The notes under the pieces: generated by a model
Databases searched by the model: none
Told to the model about the DNA's origin: nothing
What the model saw: only the letters and a program-made list of their open reading frames with translations
Made by a program: the position numbers and the translations under genes
In this document: positions 48,266 through 59,158 of the stretch, in pieces
Layout: every line of letters starts with the position of its first letter
Numbering within the stretch: position 1 is the stretch's first letter
NCBI GenBank assembly: GCA_963845065.1
Contig: CAWJQQ010000009.1
Location: 992,001-1,056,000 of the forward strand
Reading direction: 5' to 3'
DNA length: 64,000 bases
Source: Nitrospirota bacterium
GTDB taxonomy: Bacteria; Nitrospirota; UBA9217

Positions 48266-49723
48266 CTAGAGATTCGGCGCCGGTGGATAGATATACCCTG
48301 TGCCGTAAACAATATGGTATGTGCGTATTACAAAATTATCCCTTTTGACCGAGAAAGAATCCATACCTCCTACAGCCTTGAAATATTTCGAGTAGGGAAG
48401 AACACTGTGCCCTTCCAGGAAAACAGCAACGCCTTTTTTATCTTTTAACTCTTCCGGAAACGCCCATAGATTGAACTGGTTTGCCTTCGTATTATTATAA
48501 TCGACATAGGCGAAAATTCTTTCCTTTGTATAATAACTGATCTCTGCGCCTACTTGGTGCGATTCCGCTATGGTAAATTTTACAGACGGGTCTTTTGCCA
48601 GATGCTCTCCGAGTTCCCTCCATCCATAGAACCACTGGGTGGCATCTGCTTCTGCCGCACTCTTCGATATTTTTTCAAGTGGTAGGATGTTGAACCTGGC
48701 ATGCAGCATGGCAGTAAGACAGAGAATAAAGCTGAACAGAACGGCGCCAACCCAGAGACGCTTTTTGAATTTTGCTCCATTGAAGAGATAATGGCTGACA
48801 AGTATGCTGAACGTGAAATAGGCACACATCGGCCAGTTGGCCTGAGCGACGTTTTTTAGAGAAGAATAAGCAAAAAAGAGAATTATTGAAAACGAGGTGA
48901 GACTGAGAAACAGTTTCTCCTTGTTTTTTTGGAATAGATATAGGGTTGAAGCGTACGCTCCGAGGAGCCAAATAAACGGGCTTGCTACAAGCATTTGCCC
49001 ACCCATGTAGGTAAATACATTGCCGAACGAATAATTCGCCCCGCCAAGGCCATGCCCCAGTTGATAAGCAAATGATATCCATTGATGCTTGCTGTTCCAA
49101 TAAAGGACTGGAAGGAAGAAGGCGCATCCCAATACGAAAGCCGCGTAGGGGTGTATTGTTTTAAACCACCTCCGCTCATCGGTAACGAGCATAAAGAGGA
49201 ACAGACAGGGGGCTAGGAGAACACCGGTATATTTTGATAAGAGCGACAGGCCGAATGCGATACCCATGAAATACCAATACCGTACTTTCCCGGTGGCCAC
49301 TACTTGCCAGTAATAAAATATTGTAAGACCCCAAAAGAGAAGTGCAGGAACATCAGGGGTAATCAATAAAGTACCTGCGAGGGTAATCGGCAATACGTTC
49401 AACGTAATAACGCTTGCTGAGGCGATTTTACTGTCGTGAAACAGTTGCATGGTGAGGACCCATGCCATAACGCTAGTGGCGAGAGTCGCCAGGATCCCAG
49501 TAAATCGTACCCACAATTCCTGCTGCGAAAAAAGCGTCGTGAGCCTTATTGCATAGGCGATAAGAGGCGCGTGATCGAAATATCCAAAATCAAGATGCCG
49601 CGACCACGTCCAGTAGTACGCTTCATCGGGATGAAGCTGCAACGTTGCCGACAGGTATATTTTCCACAGGATCAGGAGACCCACGAAAATGATCGTATTC
49701 CGTTTCGTTAAAGCAGTTTCCAT
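48266..49723 (-). CDS. Glycosyltransferase family 39 / ArnT-like membrane protein
   Basis: DEAYYW, GYFDHAP, TPD and LSKY; many TM helices. Confidence 0.85.
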   Translation of the reverse strand: METALTKRNTIIFVGLLILWKIYLSATLQLHPDEAYYWTWSRHLDFGYFDHAPLIAYAIRLTTLFSQQELWVRFTGILATLATSVMAWVLTMQLFHDSKIASASVITLNVLPITLAGTLLITPDVPALLFWGLTIFYYWQVVATGKVRYWYFMGIAFGLSLLSKYTGVLLAPCLFLFMLVTDERRWFKTIHPYAAFVLGCAFFLPVLYWNSKHQWISFAYQLGHGLGGANYSFGNVFTYMGGQMLVASPFIWLLGAYASTLYLFQKNKEKLFLSLTSFSIILFFAYSSLKNVAQANWPMCAYFTFSILVSHYLFNGAKFKKRLWVGAVLFSFILCLTAMLHARFNILPLEKISKSAAEADATQWFYGWRELGEHLAKDPSVKFTIAESHQVGAEISYYTKERIFAYVDYNNTKANQFNLWAFPEELKDKKGVAVFLEGHSVLPYSKYFKAVGGMDSFSVKRDNFVIRTYHIVYGTGYIYPPAPNL

Positions 49724-50011
49724 TAAGCCCTCGCAGATAAGAGATATCCAATTCTTCGGATCGAATTCCTGTAAAGCCTATTGCCGCCCCAGGAACGAGC
49801 CAACAGTTTACCGTACAAATATTTTTCTGTCAATTGTTAAGCTTGTTTAGGCTAGAAATCTGTCGCCGAGTGAGGTCCACCCTATGATTTTACAACATCA
49901 AGTCGGCAAACGAGGAGATCTCGTGATTGGCCCTAACGTGCGAATTCTTCGCATGATGACGCGAAAAAATTGTATATTGACCATTCATCGGTAAACCGGT
50001 AAGATTGCCTT

Positions 50012-50455
50012 ATGAAGAACGTGATGCTGTTTATGGCTCTGGCACTGGCGCTGTTCTGCGTCGACGTTCGCCGTGCTAAGGCATTTGGTCAGCAAGACAT
50101 AGAGACGGATTGCATGATGAATACCGGTCCCTGCATCAAGACGGTGGATGATCTCTCCGTGGCTGTCGATATCACCCCCAAGCCACTTAAGGCCATGCGC
50201 AGTTTGCTCTTTAGAACAACCATCTCGAATAAAGGTAGGCCTGTTACGGATGCTTCTGTCTTAATCAATCTTTCGATGCCCGGTATGTTCATGGGACAAA
50301 ATATTATAAGGTTAACCCATCTTAATGAAGGAATTTACGAAGGCAACGGTGTCATCATTCGCTGCCCTAGTGGAAAGAAGATCTGGAAAGCCTCGGTTGC
50401 CATCGATCGTGCCGGCAGAAAATCGGTTGTGAACTATATTTTCGAGGTTCCATAG
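50012..50455 (+). CDS. Exported FixH/YtkA-like protein
   Basis: Signal peptide; C...GPC and MPGMFMG..G.YEG..C..G...W. Possibly leaderless (TTGACC-17-TAAGAT ends 6 nt before the ATG). Confidence 0.6.
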   Translation: MKNVMLFMALALALFCVDVRRAKAFGQQDIETDCMMNTGPCIKTVDDLSVAVDITPKPLKAMRSLLFRTTISNKGRPVTDASVLINLSMPGMFMGQNIIRLTHLNEGIYEGNGVIIRCPSGKKIWKASVAIDRAGRKSVVNYIFEVP

Positions 50456-50457
50456 CG

Positions 50458-51141
50458 ATGAACGCTGGCTATCTTCTTGCTTTAGCCACCGGGTTTTTAG
50501 GCGGGTTCGGCCATTGTATAGGCATGTGCGGACCCCTTGTTGCATCCTCCTCGCTGCAATCCACCTCCGTTGGAGGCTTTCATAACTTTCGTATACGTTT
50601 CATAAACCAGGCACTCTACAATATAGGACGCCTGACGACCTACGGGATTGTGGGCGCAATCATGGGGTTCTCCGCTTCCTTTGTCAATGTCGCGAGCAAA
50701 ATGGTGGGAATCCAGAACGGGGTAATGTTAGGAGCCGGCATTGTCATGGTCATCATGGGACTTGGCATCATGGGAGTTGTTAGGGGAACAGGTTGGCTCG
50801 AACGTCACAACTCGCTGGTAGTGATCATGGCAAAAAAAATGTTCAGTCTCTCTTCCCGTTGGAGATATTATCCCCTCGGTCTTGTCCTGGGACTTATGCC
50901 CTGCGGTCTCTCCTACACAGCCTTCATCGCCGCGGCCGGAACTGGTTCTCCGGTGGGGGGCATGCTAACCATGTTATTTTTTGGCACAGGCACGGTTCCT
51001 GCCCTGGCGCTGTTCAGCATAACAGTGGCATATTTCGGGTCCCGCATGAGGGTCTGGATGCAGAAGTCAGGCGGAGTTGCGATAACGGTCATGGGGTTTT
51101 ATTATATCTTGAAGGGAATACGGTTGTATGGTGAAATGTGA
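50458..51141 (+). CDS. DsbD_2 / TauE-SafE-like membrane protein (cbb3-oxidase biogenesis-associated)
   Basis: HCIGMCGP, YNIGR..TY, GLMPCGLSY and FGTGTVP. Confidence 0.85.
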   Translation: MNAGYLLALATGFLGGFGHCIGMCGPLVASSSLQSTSVGGFHNFRIRFINQALYNIGRLTTYGIVGAIMGFSASFVNVASKMVGIQNGVMLGAGIVMVIMGLGIMGVVRGTGWLERHNSLVVIMAKKMFSLSSRWRYYPLGLVLGLMPCGLSYTAFIAAAGTGSPVGGMLTMLFFGTGTVPALALFSITVAYFGSRMRVWMQKSGGVAITVMGFYYILKGIRLYGEM

Positions 51142-53569
51142 TCACTGCCTTCTCCAATTTCCTGAGAGGGAGGCAGTGAATGACGAAGTCAACGGAGTTA
51201 AGAAAGTCTTCTGCTGCCACGGCTGCCAGGGAGTGTACCTGCTGATCAACAGCGAAGGACTCGAAGATTTCTACAAACGCCGGAAGGAATGGACTCCCGG
51301 GCCAGTCTCCGCCGCATCGGTTGACCTCGCCGCCTTCACGCCGAATATCCGCTCTGCGGGGAGCGAACTCGAAACCGACATTGTACTGAACGGAATACGA
51401 TGCGCTTCCTGCGTATGGCTCAACGAACGGATACTTATGAAAACTGCCGGTGTAACCTTCGCCCAGGTTAACTACGCCACTCACCGGGCTCGGATCCGCT
51501 GGAACCCTGGGATAACGGCAATCCAGACGATCCTGGCCCGGATTACCTCGATCGGGTATACTCCTAAACCATTCGTTGCAACGGCATTCGACGAGGAGCA
51601 GCGAAAAATGCAGCGGGACATGCTCCTCCGGTTCGGAACGGCCGGATTCCTGTCTATACAGCTCATGATCTTCTCCGTTGCGCTCTACGCTGGCTACTTC
51701 CAGGGCATGGACGCGAAGATAAAAAATATTTTTAACGTTATCTCGCTTCTGTTGACAACGCCGGTGATATTTTACTCGGGATGGCCCTTTCTGACCGGCG
51801 CGGTCCGGGGGCTGCGTAACGCCACTCTTAACATGGATTTCCTCATTGCCGCGGGTGCGGGAGCAGCCTATCTGTACAGTATTTACCAGATGGCCGTTGG
51901 TGGAGAGGTCTATTTCGACACCGCCGTTATGATCATCACCCTGATCCTGCTAGGAAGATACATTGAGTCCGGGGCCAAGCGAAGGGCTTCGGAGGCCATC
52001 ATTCAGATCCTGTCACTTGCCCCCGTGGAAGCGCGAAAACTGGTCCCGAGGGCAGAGGGGAACGATGAAGACGGTAAAGTGTTATCTGCCGAGCGGCGAA
52101 TGGTCTCCGTATCCTCCCTTCGGCCGGGTGATCTTATCGAAGTAATCCCGGGTGAAAAGATTCCCCTCGACGGATTCGTGCGGGAAGGCCAGTCCGAAAT
52201 AGATGAAGCTATGTTGACCGGCGAGTCTTTGCCAGTTGCTAAATACCCCGGCGCGGAAGTATTGAGTGGAACGGTGAATCTGTATGGCCGTTTTGTTTAT
52301 GAAGTAACAAGGATCGGCAATAACACGGTGTTGGCGAGGATCATCAAGGCCGTCGAGGATGCACAGACCAGGCGCGCGCCGGTTCAGGCTTTGGCCGACC
52401 GGGTAGTGTCTGTTTTCGTTCCCATTGTTCTGTTTCTCAGCGTCCTTACAGCGGGATACTGGATTTTCAGAGGGAGTCCGGTTTCCATTGCAGTGATGAA
52501 TTCAGTCTCCGTGCTGGTTATCGCCTGCCCCTGTGCACTCGGGCTAGCAACGCCCCTCGCAATCCTGATTGGAACGACCTATGGTGCTTCCCGGGGGATT
52601 CTGATGAAAGGCGGCGATGTAATTGAGCGGGCGAAAAACATCGATACAGTTGTGTTCGACAAGACCGGGACTATCACCGAAGGAAAACCGTCCCTTGAAG
52701 CATTTCACGGAATCGGCAGAACTGACGCCGAGGCGCTCCGCATTGCTGCATCTCTTGAACGTTTTTCCGAGCATTCAATAGGGAAGGCGATAACGGCTGC
52801 CGAAGGATCCTATGTCTACGAAGAGGTGTCGGCATTTTCCGCATGGCCGGGCAAAGGCATCCGGGGTTTGATTGGTGGAAGAGAGGCTTTTCTCGGTAGC
52901 AGGGAGTTTATCGAGAGCGAAGGGATCGGAAGGAGCCTGAAAGATGGGGAGGTTGCCATTGCCACATCCTGGGAAGCCGGCGGTACCACGGTTGTATACC
53001 TTTCATATGGCGGAGAGGCGGCTGGGATCTTCGCTGTCTCCGATCAGCCCAGAAGCGAGGCCGCCGATACCATGAAGATCCTGAAACGAAGAGGCTTCGA
53101 AATTGTCATGATTACAGGTGACGCTGTCGCGACCGCGGAAGCTGTCGCGAAATCCGTGGGTATCGTAAGGGTCCAGGCGAAACGATCTCCGGTACAGAAG
53201 GCGGAAGAAATCAGGAAGATGCGAACCGCGGGAAAACGCTGTGCCATGATTGGAGATGGTATCAACGATGCGCCTGCACTCGTTGAAGCCGAGGTCGGCA
53301 TCGCCATGGGCAGGGCAACGGATATCGCCCTGGAAAGCGCGGACATGGTACTGATGCGGAGCGACCTGCGCCTCGTGCCCAAAGCCCTTAAGCTGGCAAA
53401 AAAAACTTTATCCATTATCCGGCAAAATCTGTTCTGGGCATTTTTTTACAATGCCGTGGCCATTCCCCTGGCCATAGCTGGCGTGCTTCACCCCATTATG
53501 GCTGCCGGGGCGATGACACTGAGTTCCCTTAGTGTGGTGGGCAATTCATTGCGGGCGAGAGTGCGTTGA
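51128..53569 (+). CDS. P1B heavy-metal (Cu) ATPase, CcoI/FixI type
   Basis: N-terminal CDHC and CCHGC, HMA CASC, TGES, CPC, DKTGT and GDGINDAP. Confidence 0.92.
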   Translation: MVKCDHCLLQFPEREAVNDEVNGVKKVFCCHGCQGVYLLINSEGLEDFYKRRKEWTPGPVSAASVDLAAFTPNIRSAGSELETDIVLNGIRCASCVWLNERILMKTAGVTFAQVNYATHRARIRWNPGITAIQTILARITSIGYTPKPFVATAFDEEQRKMQRDMLLRFGTAGFLSIQLMIFSVALYAGYFQGMDAKIKNIFNVISLLLTTPVIFYSGWPFLTGAVRGLRNATLNMDFLIAAGAGAAYLYSIYQMAVGGEVYFDTAVMIITLILLGRYIESGAKRRASEAIIQILSLAPVEARKLVPRAEGNDEDGKVLSAERRMVSVSSLRPGDLIEVIPGEKIPLDGFVREGQSEIDEAMLTGESLPVAKYPGAEVLSGTVNLYGRFVYEVTRIGNNTVLARIIKAVEDAQTRRAPVQALADRVVSVFVPIVLFLSVLTAGYWIFRGSPVSIAVMNSVSVLVIACPCALGLATPLAILIGTTYGASRGILMKGGDVIERAKNIDTVVFDKTGTITEGKPSLEAFHGIGRTDAEALRIAASLERFSEHSIGKAITAAEGSYVYEEVSAFSAWPGKGIRGLIGGREAFLGSREFIESEGIGRSLKDGEVAIATSWEAGGTTVVYLSYGGEAAGIFAVSDQPRSEAADTMKILKRRGFEIVMITGDAVATAEAVAKSVGIVRVQAKRSPVQKAEEIRKMRTAGKRCAMIGDGINDAPALVEAEVGIAMGRATDIALESADMVLMRSDLRLVPKALKLAKKTLSIIRQNLFWAFFYNAVAIPLAIAGVLHPIMAAGAMTLSSLSVVGNSLRARVR

Positions 53570-53630
53570 TGCCAAGCATGTTCATGCTGATTCTCACCTC
53601 TCAGTGCCGGCGTTGCTGCCTGATTACTAA
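53569..53630 (+). pseudogene. Possible ccoS/fixS remnant
   Basis: ATG coupled to the ATPase stop; MPSMFMLILTS, then a frameshift to SAGVAA*L. Resembles the hydrophobic CcoS N-terminus; no SGQF/YDD motif is visible. Confidence 0.4.
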
Positions 53631-53849
53631 AGTTTCGGTCTCGGTCGGATACAGAGTAGATTGTCTATGAAAAAAGACTATATCAAAACCGAAATCCGGG
53701 AGGTTGTAGCGGCTGGAATATGTTCGCCGTGAGAGCCCGGAAAAGCAATTGAGTTTTGTTATTTTATAACCCCTGGTCTTTAAGCTAGGGGAGGCTCAGT
53801 CTTGCTTAATGAGGATATTTGAAGTACAATTTCAGAACAGGGATGGAAT

Positions 53850-55577
53850 ATGAATGCGATTACGACACACGAACTGGACATCATTCTCGATTCAACCCAT
53901 GATGGCATGATCGCCATTAACAAATCAGGTATTGTAACGCTCTTTAACAAAGCAGCTGAACGGATTACCGGCCTGAAGGCGGAAACCGTTCTCAATCGTG
54001 CTGCCGTCGAAGTCATCCCGAATACCCGTCTACACGTCGTCCTGCGCGATGGCAAGCCCGAAATAAATAAGGAACAGCGCCTGAACGATGTTGTCATTAT
54101 AACGAACCGCGTGCCGGTAAGAGACGAAGAGGGCGAGATCATCGGAGCTGTGGCAGTTTTCCGCGATATTACGGAGATACGGGCCCTTACGGACAAAGTG
54201 ACCGGCCTCTGGAACGTACAAAGCCTTCTCGAAGCTGTGATCGAATCCACGGCAGACGCCATCTCTGTGGCTGATGAGCATGGAAACAACAAGATCGTAA
54301 ATCCTGCGTATACGCGCCTCACCGGACTCACCAAGGAAGCCGTGCTGAATAAGCCCGTGACCGTGGACATTGCTGAAGGTGAGAGCATGCACTTGAAAGT
54401 GCTGCGAAGCGGCCAACCCGTTCGCAACGTCCGGATGAAAGTGGGGCCCGCTAAAAAAGAAGTTATCGTCAACGTTGCCCCCATATTCATCGACGGCCAG
54501 ATCAAGGGAAGCGTCGGAGTGATTCATGACATTTCCGAGATCATGGGACTGAATGAGGAATTGGCCCAGGCGCGGAAGCTGATCCGTCACCTCAAGGCAC
54601 GTTATACCTGGGGCGACATCATCGGTACGAGCCCTGCCATGGTGGCCGCAAAAGATCAGGCACGAAGGGCCGCTGAGACGCCGGCCACAGTGTTGTTGCG
54701 AGGCGAGAGCGGGACCGGCAAAGAGCTCTTTGCCCATGCAATCCACAATGCGAGCACGCGACAGCAAGGGCAGTTCGTCCGGGTCAATTGTGCGGCGCTT
54801 TCCGAGAACCTGCTTGAGAGCGAACTGTTCGGATACGTTGAAGGGGCCTTTACCGGCGCTTTAAAAAGAGGCAAGAAGGGCCTCTTTGAGGAGGCGAGCG
54901 GCGGCACCATCTTTCTTGACGAAATCGGAGAAATCAGCCTCTCGCTCCAACGCAAATTACTTCGGGTGTTGCAAGAGCGTGAGATCGTTCGCGTCGGCAG
55001 TACAGTGCCTTTCTCTGTCGACGTCAGAGTGATCGCTGCGACCAATGCGAACCTTGAACAAAAAGTGAAGGACGGCACATTCAAAGGCGACCTTTACTAC
55101 CGCCTGAACGTCCTGCCCATCGCCATCCCGCCGCTCCGAACGCGCGAGGAGGATGTCCCGCGGCTTGTCGAACATATCATTGTCCGTCTGAACCAGGAAT
55201 TCGGAAGGCAAGTTATGGGTATGGCGCCCGAAGCCGTTGCAGAATTGATGAAATATCCATGGCCCGGCAATGTCAGGGAACTTGAGAACGTCCTTGGCAG
55301 GGCAATGATAAACATGCGGCCCCAGGAGAGAGTGATCGACACACAGCATCTGCCGCTATTGGCGTGTGAAAAAATAAATGAGGCGTTCCTTGCCCTGGAG
55401 CAAACATCGGTCGTGCGCCCTCTCGCGGACATTGTCGCCGATGCGGAACGCGCTGCGATCACGCGAGCTCTTACGGAGACAGGAGGAAATCGGGAGAAGG
55501 CTGCTAAGCTTCTGAACGTTGCACTGAGAAATTTCTATTACAAAATCAAGAGGTACCGTATTGTGACAACCAAGTGA
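53850..55577 (+). CDS. sigma54-dependent activator (2 PAS + AAA+ + Fis HTH), probable propionate regulator
   Basis: GESGTGKE, ESELFG, GAFTGA, FLDEIG and WPGNVREL. Confidence 0.93.
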   Translation: MNAITTHELDIILDSTHDGMIAINKSGIVTLFNKAAERITGLKAETVLNRAAVEVIPNTRLHVVLRDGKPEINKEQRLNDVVIITNRVPVRDEEGEIIGAVAVFRDITEIRALTDKVTGLWNVQSLLEAVIESTADAISVADEHGNNKIVNPAYTRLTGLTKEAVLNKPVTVDIAEGESMHLKVLRSGQPVRNVRMKVGPAKKEVIVNVAPIFIDGQIKGSVGVIHDISEIMGLNEELAQARKLIRHLKARYTWGDIIGTSPAMVAAKDQARRAAETPATVLLRGESGTGKELFAHAIHNASTRQQGQFVRVNCAALSENLLESELFGYVEGAFTGALKRGKKGLFEEASGGTIFLDEIGEISLSLQRKLLRVLQEREIVRVGSTVPFSVDVRVIAATNANLEQKVKDGTFKGDLYYRLNVLPIAIPPLRTREEDVPRLVEHIIVRLNQEFGRQVMGMAPEAVAELMKYPWPGNVRELENVLGRAMINMRPQERVIDTQHLPLLACEKINEAFLALEQTSVVRPLADIVADAERAAITRALTETGGNREKAAKLLNVALRNFYYKIKRYRIVTTK

Positions 55578-55732
55578 TGCAGCATCATGCCTGCATTATT
55601 TTTCAAATACTGCATATTATTGCGCTATAACATGTTTGCATATAGCTCAAATATATGCCTTCATCTGTTTTATCTTGTTTAAATTAATATAGTTACATAA
55701 ATTTCATAACATAACTTGAATCACTTTAATAT

Positions 55733-55747
55733 TGGCGCAGGTTTTGC
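55733..55747 (+). promoter_or_regulatory. sigma54 (-24/-12) promoter
   Basis: TGGCGCA-GGTT-TTGC with canonical spacing, downstream of the activator gene and an AT-rich tract. Confidence 0.85.
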
Positions 55748-55809
55748 TCTTATAGTATTCATATGTGATTGAAGTGGAGCTCTCTAATCGCTCCGAGAAA
55801 GATTACCTC

Positions 55810-56718
55810 ATGACAAGACCGATCTCTCCGGGTGCCCGTTTCCGGGCTGCTGTGCGCGAAGAAAAGCCGCTCCAGGTCGTAGGCGCGATCAATGCTTATG
55901 CGGCGCGTCTGGCTGAGCGCTCGGGTTTCAAGGCTCTGTATGTTTCGGGAGGCGGCGTTGCCTCCGGGTCGTTGGGAGTTCCCGACCTCGGCATCACCAC
56001 GATGGAAGATGTGCTGACCGACGTCCGCCGCATCACCGATACTACCAATCTGCCGGTTCTGGTTGACATCGATACAGGATGGGGAGGCGCGTTCAATATC
56101 GCCCGCACGATCAGGTCCATGATCAAGCTCGGAGCGGCGGCAGTGCATATCGAGGACCAGGTCCAGGCCAAGCAGTGCGGCCATCGTCCCGGCAAGGCCA
56201 TTGTCAGCGAGGATGAGATGGTGGACCGGATCAAGGCCGCCGTTGATGCAAAGACCGATTCAGACTTCGTCATCATGGCACGGACCGATGCCCTTGCCGT
56301 CGAGGGGCTTGACGCCGCGATAGACCGGGCTTGCGCCTGCGTTGAGGCCGGCGCAGACATGATCTTTCCCGAGGCGATCGCCGATCTTTCCATGTATAAG
56401 AAATTCGCCAAGGCCGTAAAGGTCCCGATCCTCGCCAATATCACCGAGTTCGGCTCCACTCCCCTCTATACCGTGGAAGAACTGCGCGGCGCCGACGTTT
56501 CCCTCATCCTCTACCCTCTTTCCGCGTTCAGAGCGATGAGCAAGGCAGCACTTATGGTCTATGGCACGATCCGCAAGGAGGAATCCCAGAAGAATGTGAT
56601 CAGCCTGATGCAGACCCGTGCGGAACTCTATGATTATCTTGACTACCATGCTTTCGAGCAGAAGCTTGATGCGATCTTTTCAAAGGAGGAACAATCACGA
56701 GCGCAGAGACAGAGGTAA
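55810..56718 (+). CDS. prpB: 2-methylisocitrate lyase
   Basis: [28 protein letters not shown] and NITEFG.TP. Confidence 0.95.
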   Translation: MTRPISPGARFRAAVREEKPLQVVGAINAYAARLAERSGFKALYVSGGGVASGSLGVPDLGITTMEDVLTDVRRITDTTNLPVLVDIDTGWGGAFNIARTIRSMIKLGAAAVHIEDQVQAKQCGHRPGKAIVSEDEMVDRIKAAVDAKTDSDFVIMARTDALAVEGLDAAIDRACACVEAGADMIFPEAIADLSMYKKFAKAVKVPILANITEFGSTPLYTVEELRGADVSLILYPLSAFRAMSKAALMVYGTIRKEESQKNVISLMQTRAELYDYLDYHAFEQKLDAIFSKEEQSRAQRQR

Positions 56719-56916
56719 TATCGACCAAAGTAAAGAAATCAGTCGCACTTTCCGGCGTTATGGCAGGCAACACCGCTGTATGCACTGTGGAGCGTACCGG
56801 GAACGACCTTCATTACCGGGGCTATGACATCGTTGAGCTCGCACGGCAGTCAACGTTTGAAGAAGTCGCCTTTCTGCTCATCCACGGCGGCCTGCCGTCC
56901 GAGCCGGACCTGAAGG
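56697..56916 (+). pseudogene. prpC: Truncated 2-methylcitrate synthase (ACG in place of the start codon)
   Basis: AGGAGG RBS, then [57 protein letters not shown]; homology stops after about 73 codons. Confidence 0.88.
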
Positions 56917-56937
56917 TATTTCTTCCAAGGAGATACT

Positions 56938-58488
56938 ATGAAGATCGATGACCAACTGGAACATCTGAGAAAACTCAGGGAAGAAGCCCGTTTGGGCGGT
57001 GGCCAACAAAGAATCGATAAACATCATGAAAAAGGCCTTATAACCGCCAGGGAGCGTATTGATCTGCTTTTAGACAAGGGCTCTTTCGAGGAATTCGATA
57101 TGTTCAAGACCCATAGATGCAGGGATTTCGGCATGGATAAGCAGGTCTTCCTGGGAGACGGTGTAGTAACCGGGCACGGTACTGTCGATGGCCGTACTGT
57201 CTATGTTTTTGCCCAGGATTTTACCGTACTCGGTGGCTCCCTGTCAGAAACCTTTGCGGAAAAAATCTGTAAGATAATGGATCTTGCCATGAAAAACGGC
57301 GCTCCGGTAGTCGGATTGAATGATTCCGGGGGGGCGCGTATTCAGGAAGGAATTGAGAGCCTCGCGGGCTATTCGGAGATATTCCAACGCAATGTCATGG
57401 CCTCGGGGGTAGTGCCCCAGATCTCGGCGATTTTTGGTCCTTGTGCCGGTGGAGCGGTATATTCGCCCGCCCTCACCGATTTTGTCATCATGGTCCAGAA
57501 ACAATCGTATATGTTTCTCACCGGCCCGAAAGTCGTCAAATCAGTGACCCACGAAAATGTCAGCGAAGAAACTTTAGGCGGGGCAGCGATGCATGCCAGT
57601 CGCAGCGGAGTTGTTGATTATCCTGCTAGGTCAGGTGCCGATGCCATCGCCTATGTTCGCCGACTGCTTTCGTTTTTGCCCCAGAATAATATGGAAAATC
57701 CTCCCCTTGTGCCTTGCACCGATCCGCCTGATCGGGAGGTTGTCGCACTCAACCAGATTATTCCTGAAAATCCCAATGCTGCCTACGATATGAAAGATGT
57801 CATCCTTCAAACAGTAGATAACAATGATTTTTTTGAGGTTAAGGAAAACTTCGCACCGAATCTCTTAGTCGGGTTTGCCAGGTATAACGGGATGACTGTC
57901 GGTATAGTTGCCAACCAGCCGGCCCATCTCTCCGGTGTCCTCGATATCGACTCCTCAATAAAGGGTGCTCGTTTTGTCAGGTTCTGCGATTGTTTCAATA
58001 TTCCGGTTGTTACCTTTGTCGACGTTCCTGGCTTCTTGCCGGGAACTGCTCAGGAGTTTGGCGGAGTAATACGTAACGGTGCTAAAATTCTCTATGCATT
58101 TGCCGAGGCGACCATTCCCAAGGTAACTGTCATTACAAGAAAAGCGTATGGCGGAGCCTATTGCGTCATGTCCTCCAAACATTTACGCGGCGACATTAAC
58201 TATGCCTGGCCCACCGCTGAAATTGCAGTGATGGGGGCAAGAGGTGCTGTTGGAGTTTTGTATGGCAAGGATGCCCAAAAAGCTCCGGATCCAAGCGCAT
58301 TTTTGGCAGAAAAGGAGAAGGAGTACCAGGATGCTGTTGCCAATCCCTACGTAGCAGCCCAACGCGGTTACGTCGATGATATTATCGAACCGTCGAAAAC
58401 CAGGGCAAGAATAATCATGTCGCTGGGGCTGCTCCAGAATAAACGCGATTCAAATCCGATGAAAAAGCACGGTAATATACCACTATAA
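56938..58488 (+). CDS. Acyl-CoA carboxyltransferase (PccB / MmdA / transcarboxylase 12S family)
   Basis: [37 protein letters not shown] and KKHGNIPL. Confidence 0.93.
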   Translation: MKIDDQLEHLRKLREEARLGGGQQRIDKHHEKGLITARERIDLLLDKGSFEEFDMFKTHRCRDFGMDKQVFLGDGVVTGHGTVDGRTVYVFAQDFTVLGGSLSETFAEKICKIMDLAMKNGAPVVGLNDSGGARIQEGIESLAGYSEIFQRNVMASGVVPQISAIFGPCAGGAVYSPALTDFVIMVQKQSYMFLTGPKVVKSVTHENVSEETLGGAAMHASRSGVVDYPARSGADAIAYVRRLLSFLPQNNMENPPLVPCTDPPDREVVALNQIIPENPNAAYDMKDVILQTVDNNDFFEVKENFAPNLLVGFARYNGMTVGIVANQPAHLSGVLDIDSSIKGARFVRFCDCFNIPVVTFVDVPGFLPGTAQEFGGVIRNGAKILYAFAEATIPKVTVITRKAYGGAYCVMSSKHLRGDINYAWPTAEIAVMGARGAVGVLYGKDAQKAPDPSAFLAEKEKEYQDAVANPYVAAQRGYVDDIIEPSKTRARIIMSLGLLQNKRDSNPMKKHGNIPL

Positions 58489-58526
58489 CATTCGCAAACA
58501 CGTCTCAGTATCTTAAGGAGATCCTC

Positions 58527-58814
58527 ATGACAGTGAAGATTTTTATTAAACGAAAGTTGCAGGATAATAATGTCGTTCAACTGACACTCCTCCTTAATAA
58601 GTTGCGGGCTCTCGCTGTCAGTCAACCCGGCTATATCTCAGGAGAAACCTTTAATAGAATAGACAAAAAAGATGAGTGCATGGTGATTGGTACCTGGCGT
58701 TCCTTGGAAGACTGGAACAATTGGGTAAACAATCCTCTACGCATCGCAGTTCAGGCGGAGATAGATAGACTGCTTGGCGAGGAAACAGAATACGCCATAT
58801 ATGGATACTCATAG
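58527..58814 (+). CDS. ABM (antibiotic biosynthesis monooxygenase)-fold protein
   Basis: QPGYISGET and W.SLEDW..W. Confidence 0.7.
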   Translation: MTVKIFIKRKLQDNNVVQLTLLLNKLRALAVSQPGYISGETFNRIDKKDECMVIGTWRSLEDWNNWVNNPLRIAVQAEIDRLLGEETEYAIYGYS

Positions 58815-58897
58815 TGGTCTTAAAGACAATGATTCGGGATTTTTATGCTGCCCATGGTGCTGTTTTTGGGTACCGGGCTGTGTAGTTAATACAAAAT

Positions 58898-59116
58898 ATG
58901 GGTGATGTGATGACAGGTCAAAGAAAGAAAATGGCTGCCGCCTTGGCTGCCGTGAGTCTCTATCTTCAACAGGAGGAAGCTATGGCGGCGCTAGCGCAGC
59001 CAGCACCTCTCAAGAAACCTCAGAGTTTCGAGTTCAGCCAGTGGGGACAGAGTGGGCGGCAGGAGATGATGGCCATGCGGAAGTTAATCCAGCTGAGGGC
59101 GTTTACGCGTTTTTAA
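58898..59116 (+). CDS. Small protein, acyl-CoA carboxylase epsilon/OadG-tail-like
   Basis: AAALAAV helix, Pro/Ala linker and SQW..SGR; lies between carboxylase genes. Confidence 0.45.
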   Translation: MGDVMTGQRKKMAAALAAVSLYLQQEEAMAALAQPAPLKKPQSFEFSQWGQSGRQEMMAMRKLIQLRAFTRF

Positions 59117-59158
59117 TAGCATCAATTGTTAATGATGAGGAAAGAGGAGACACATACA

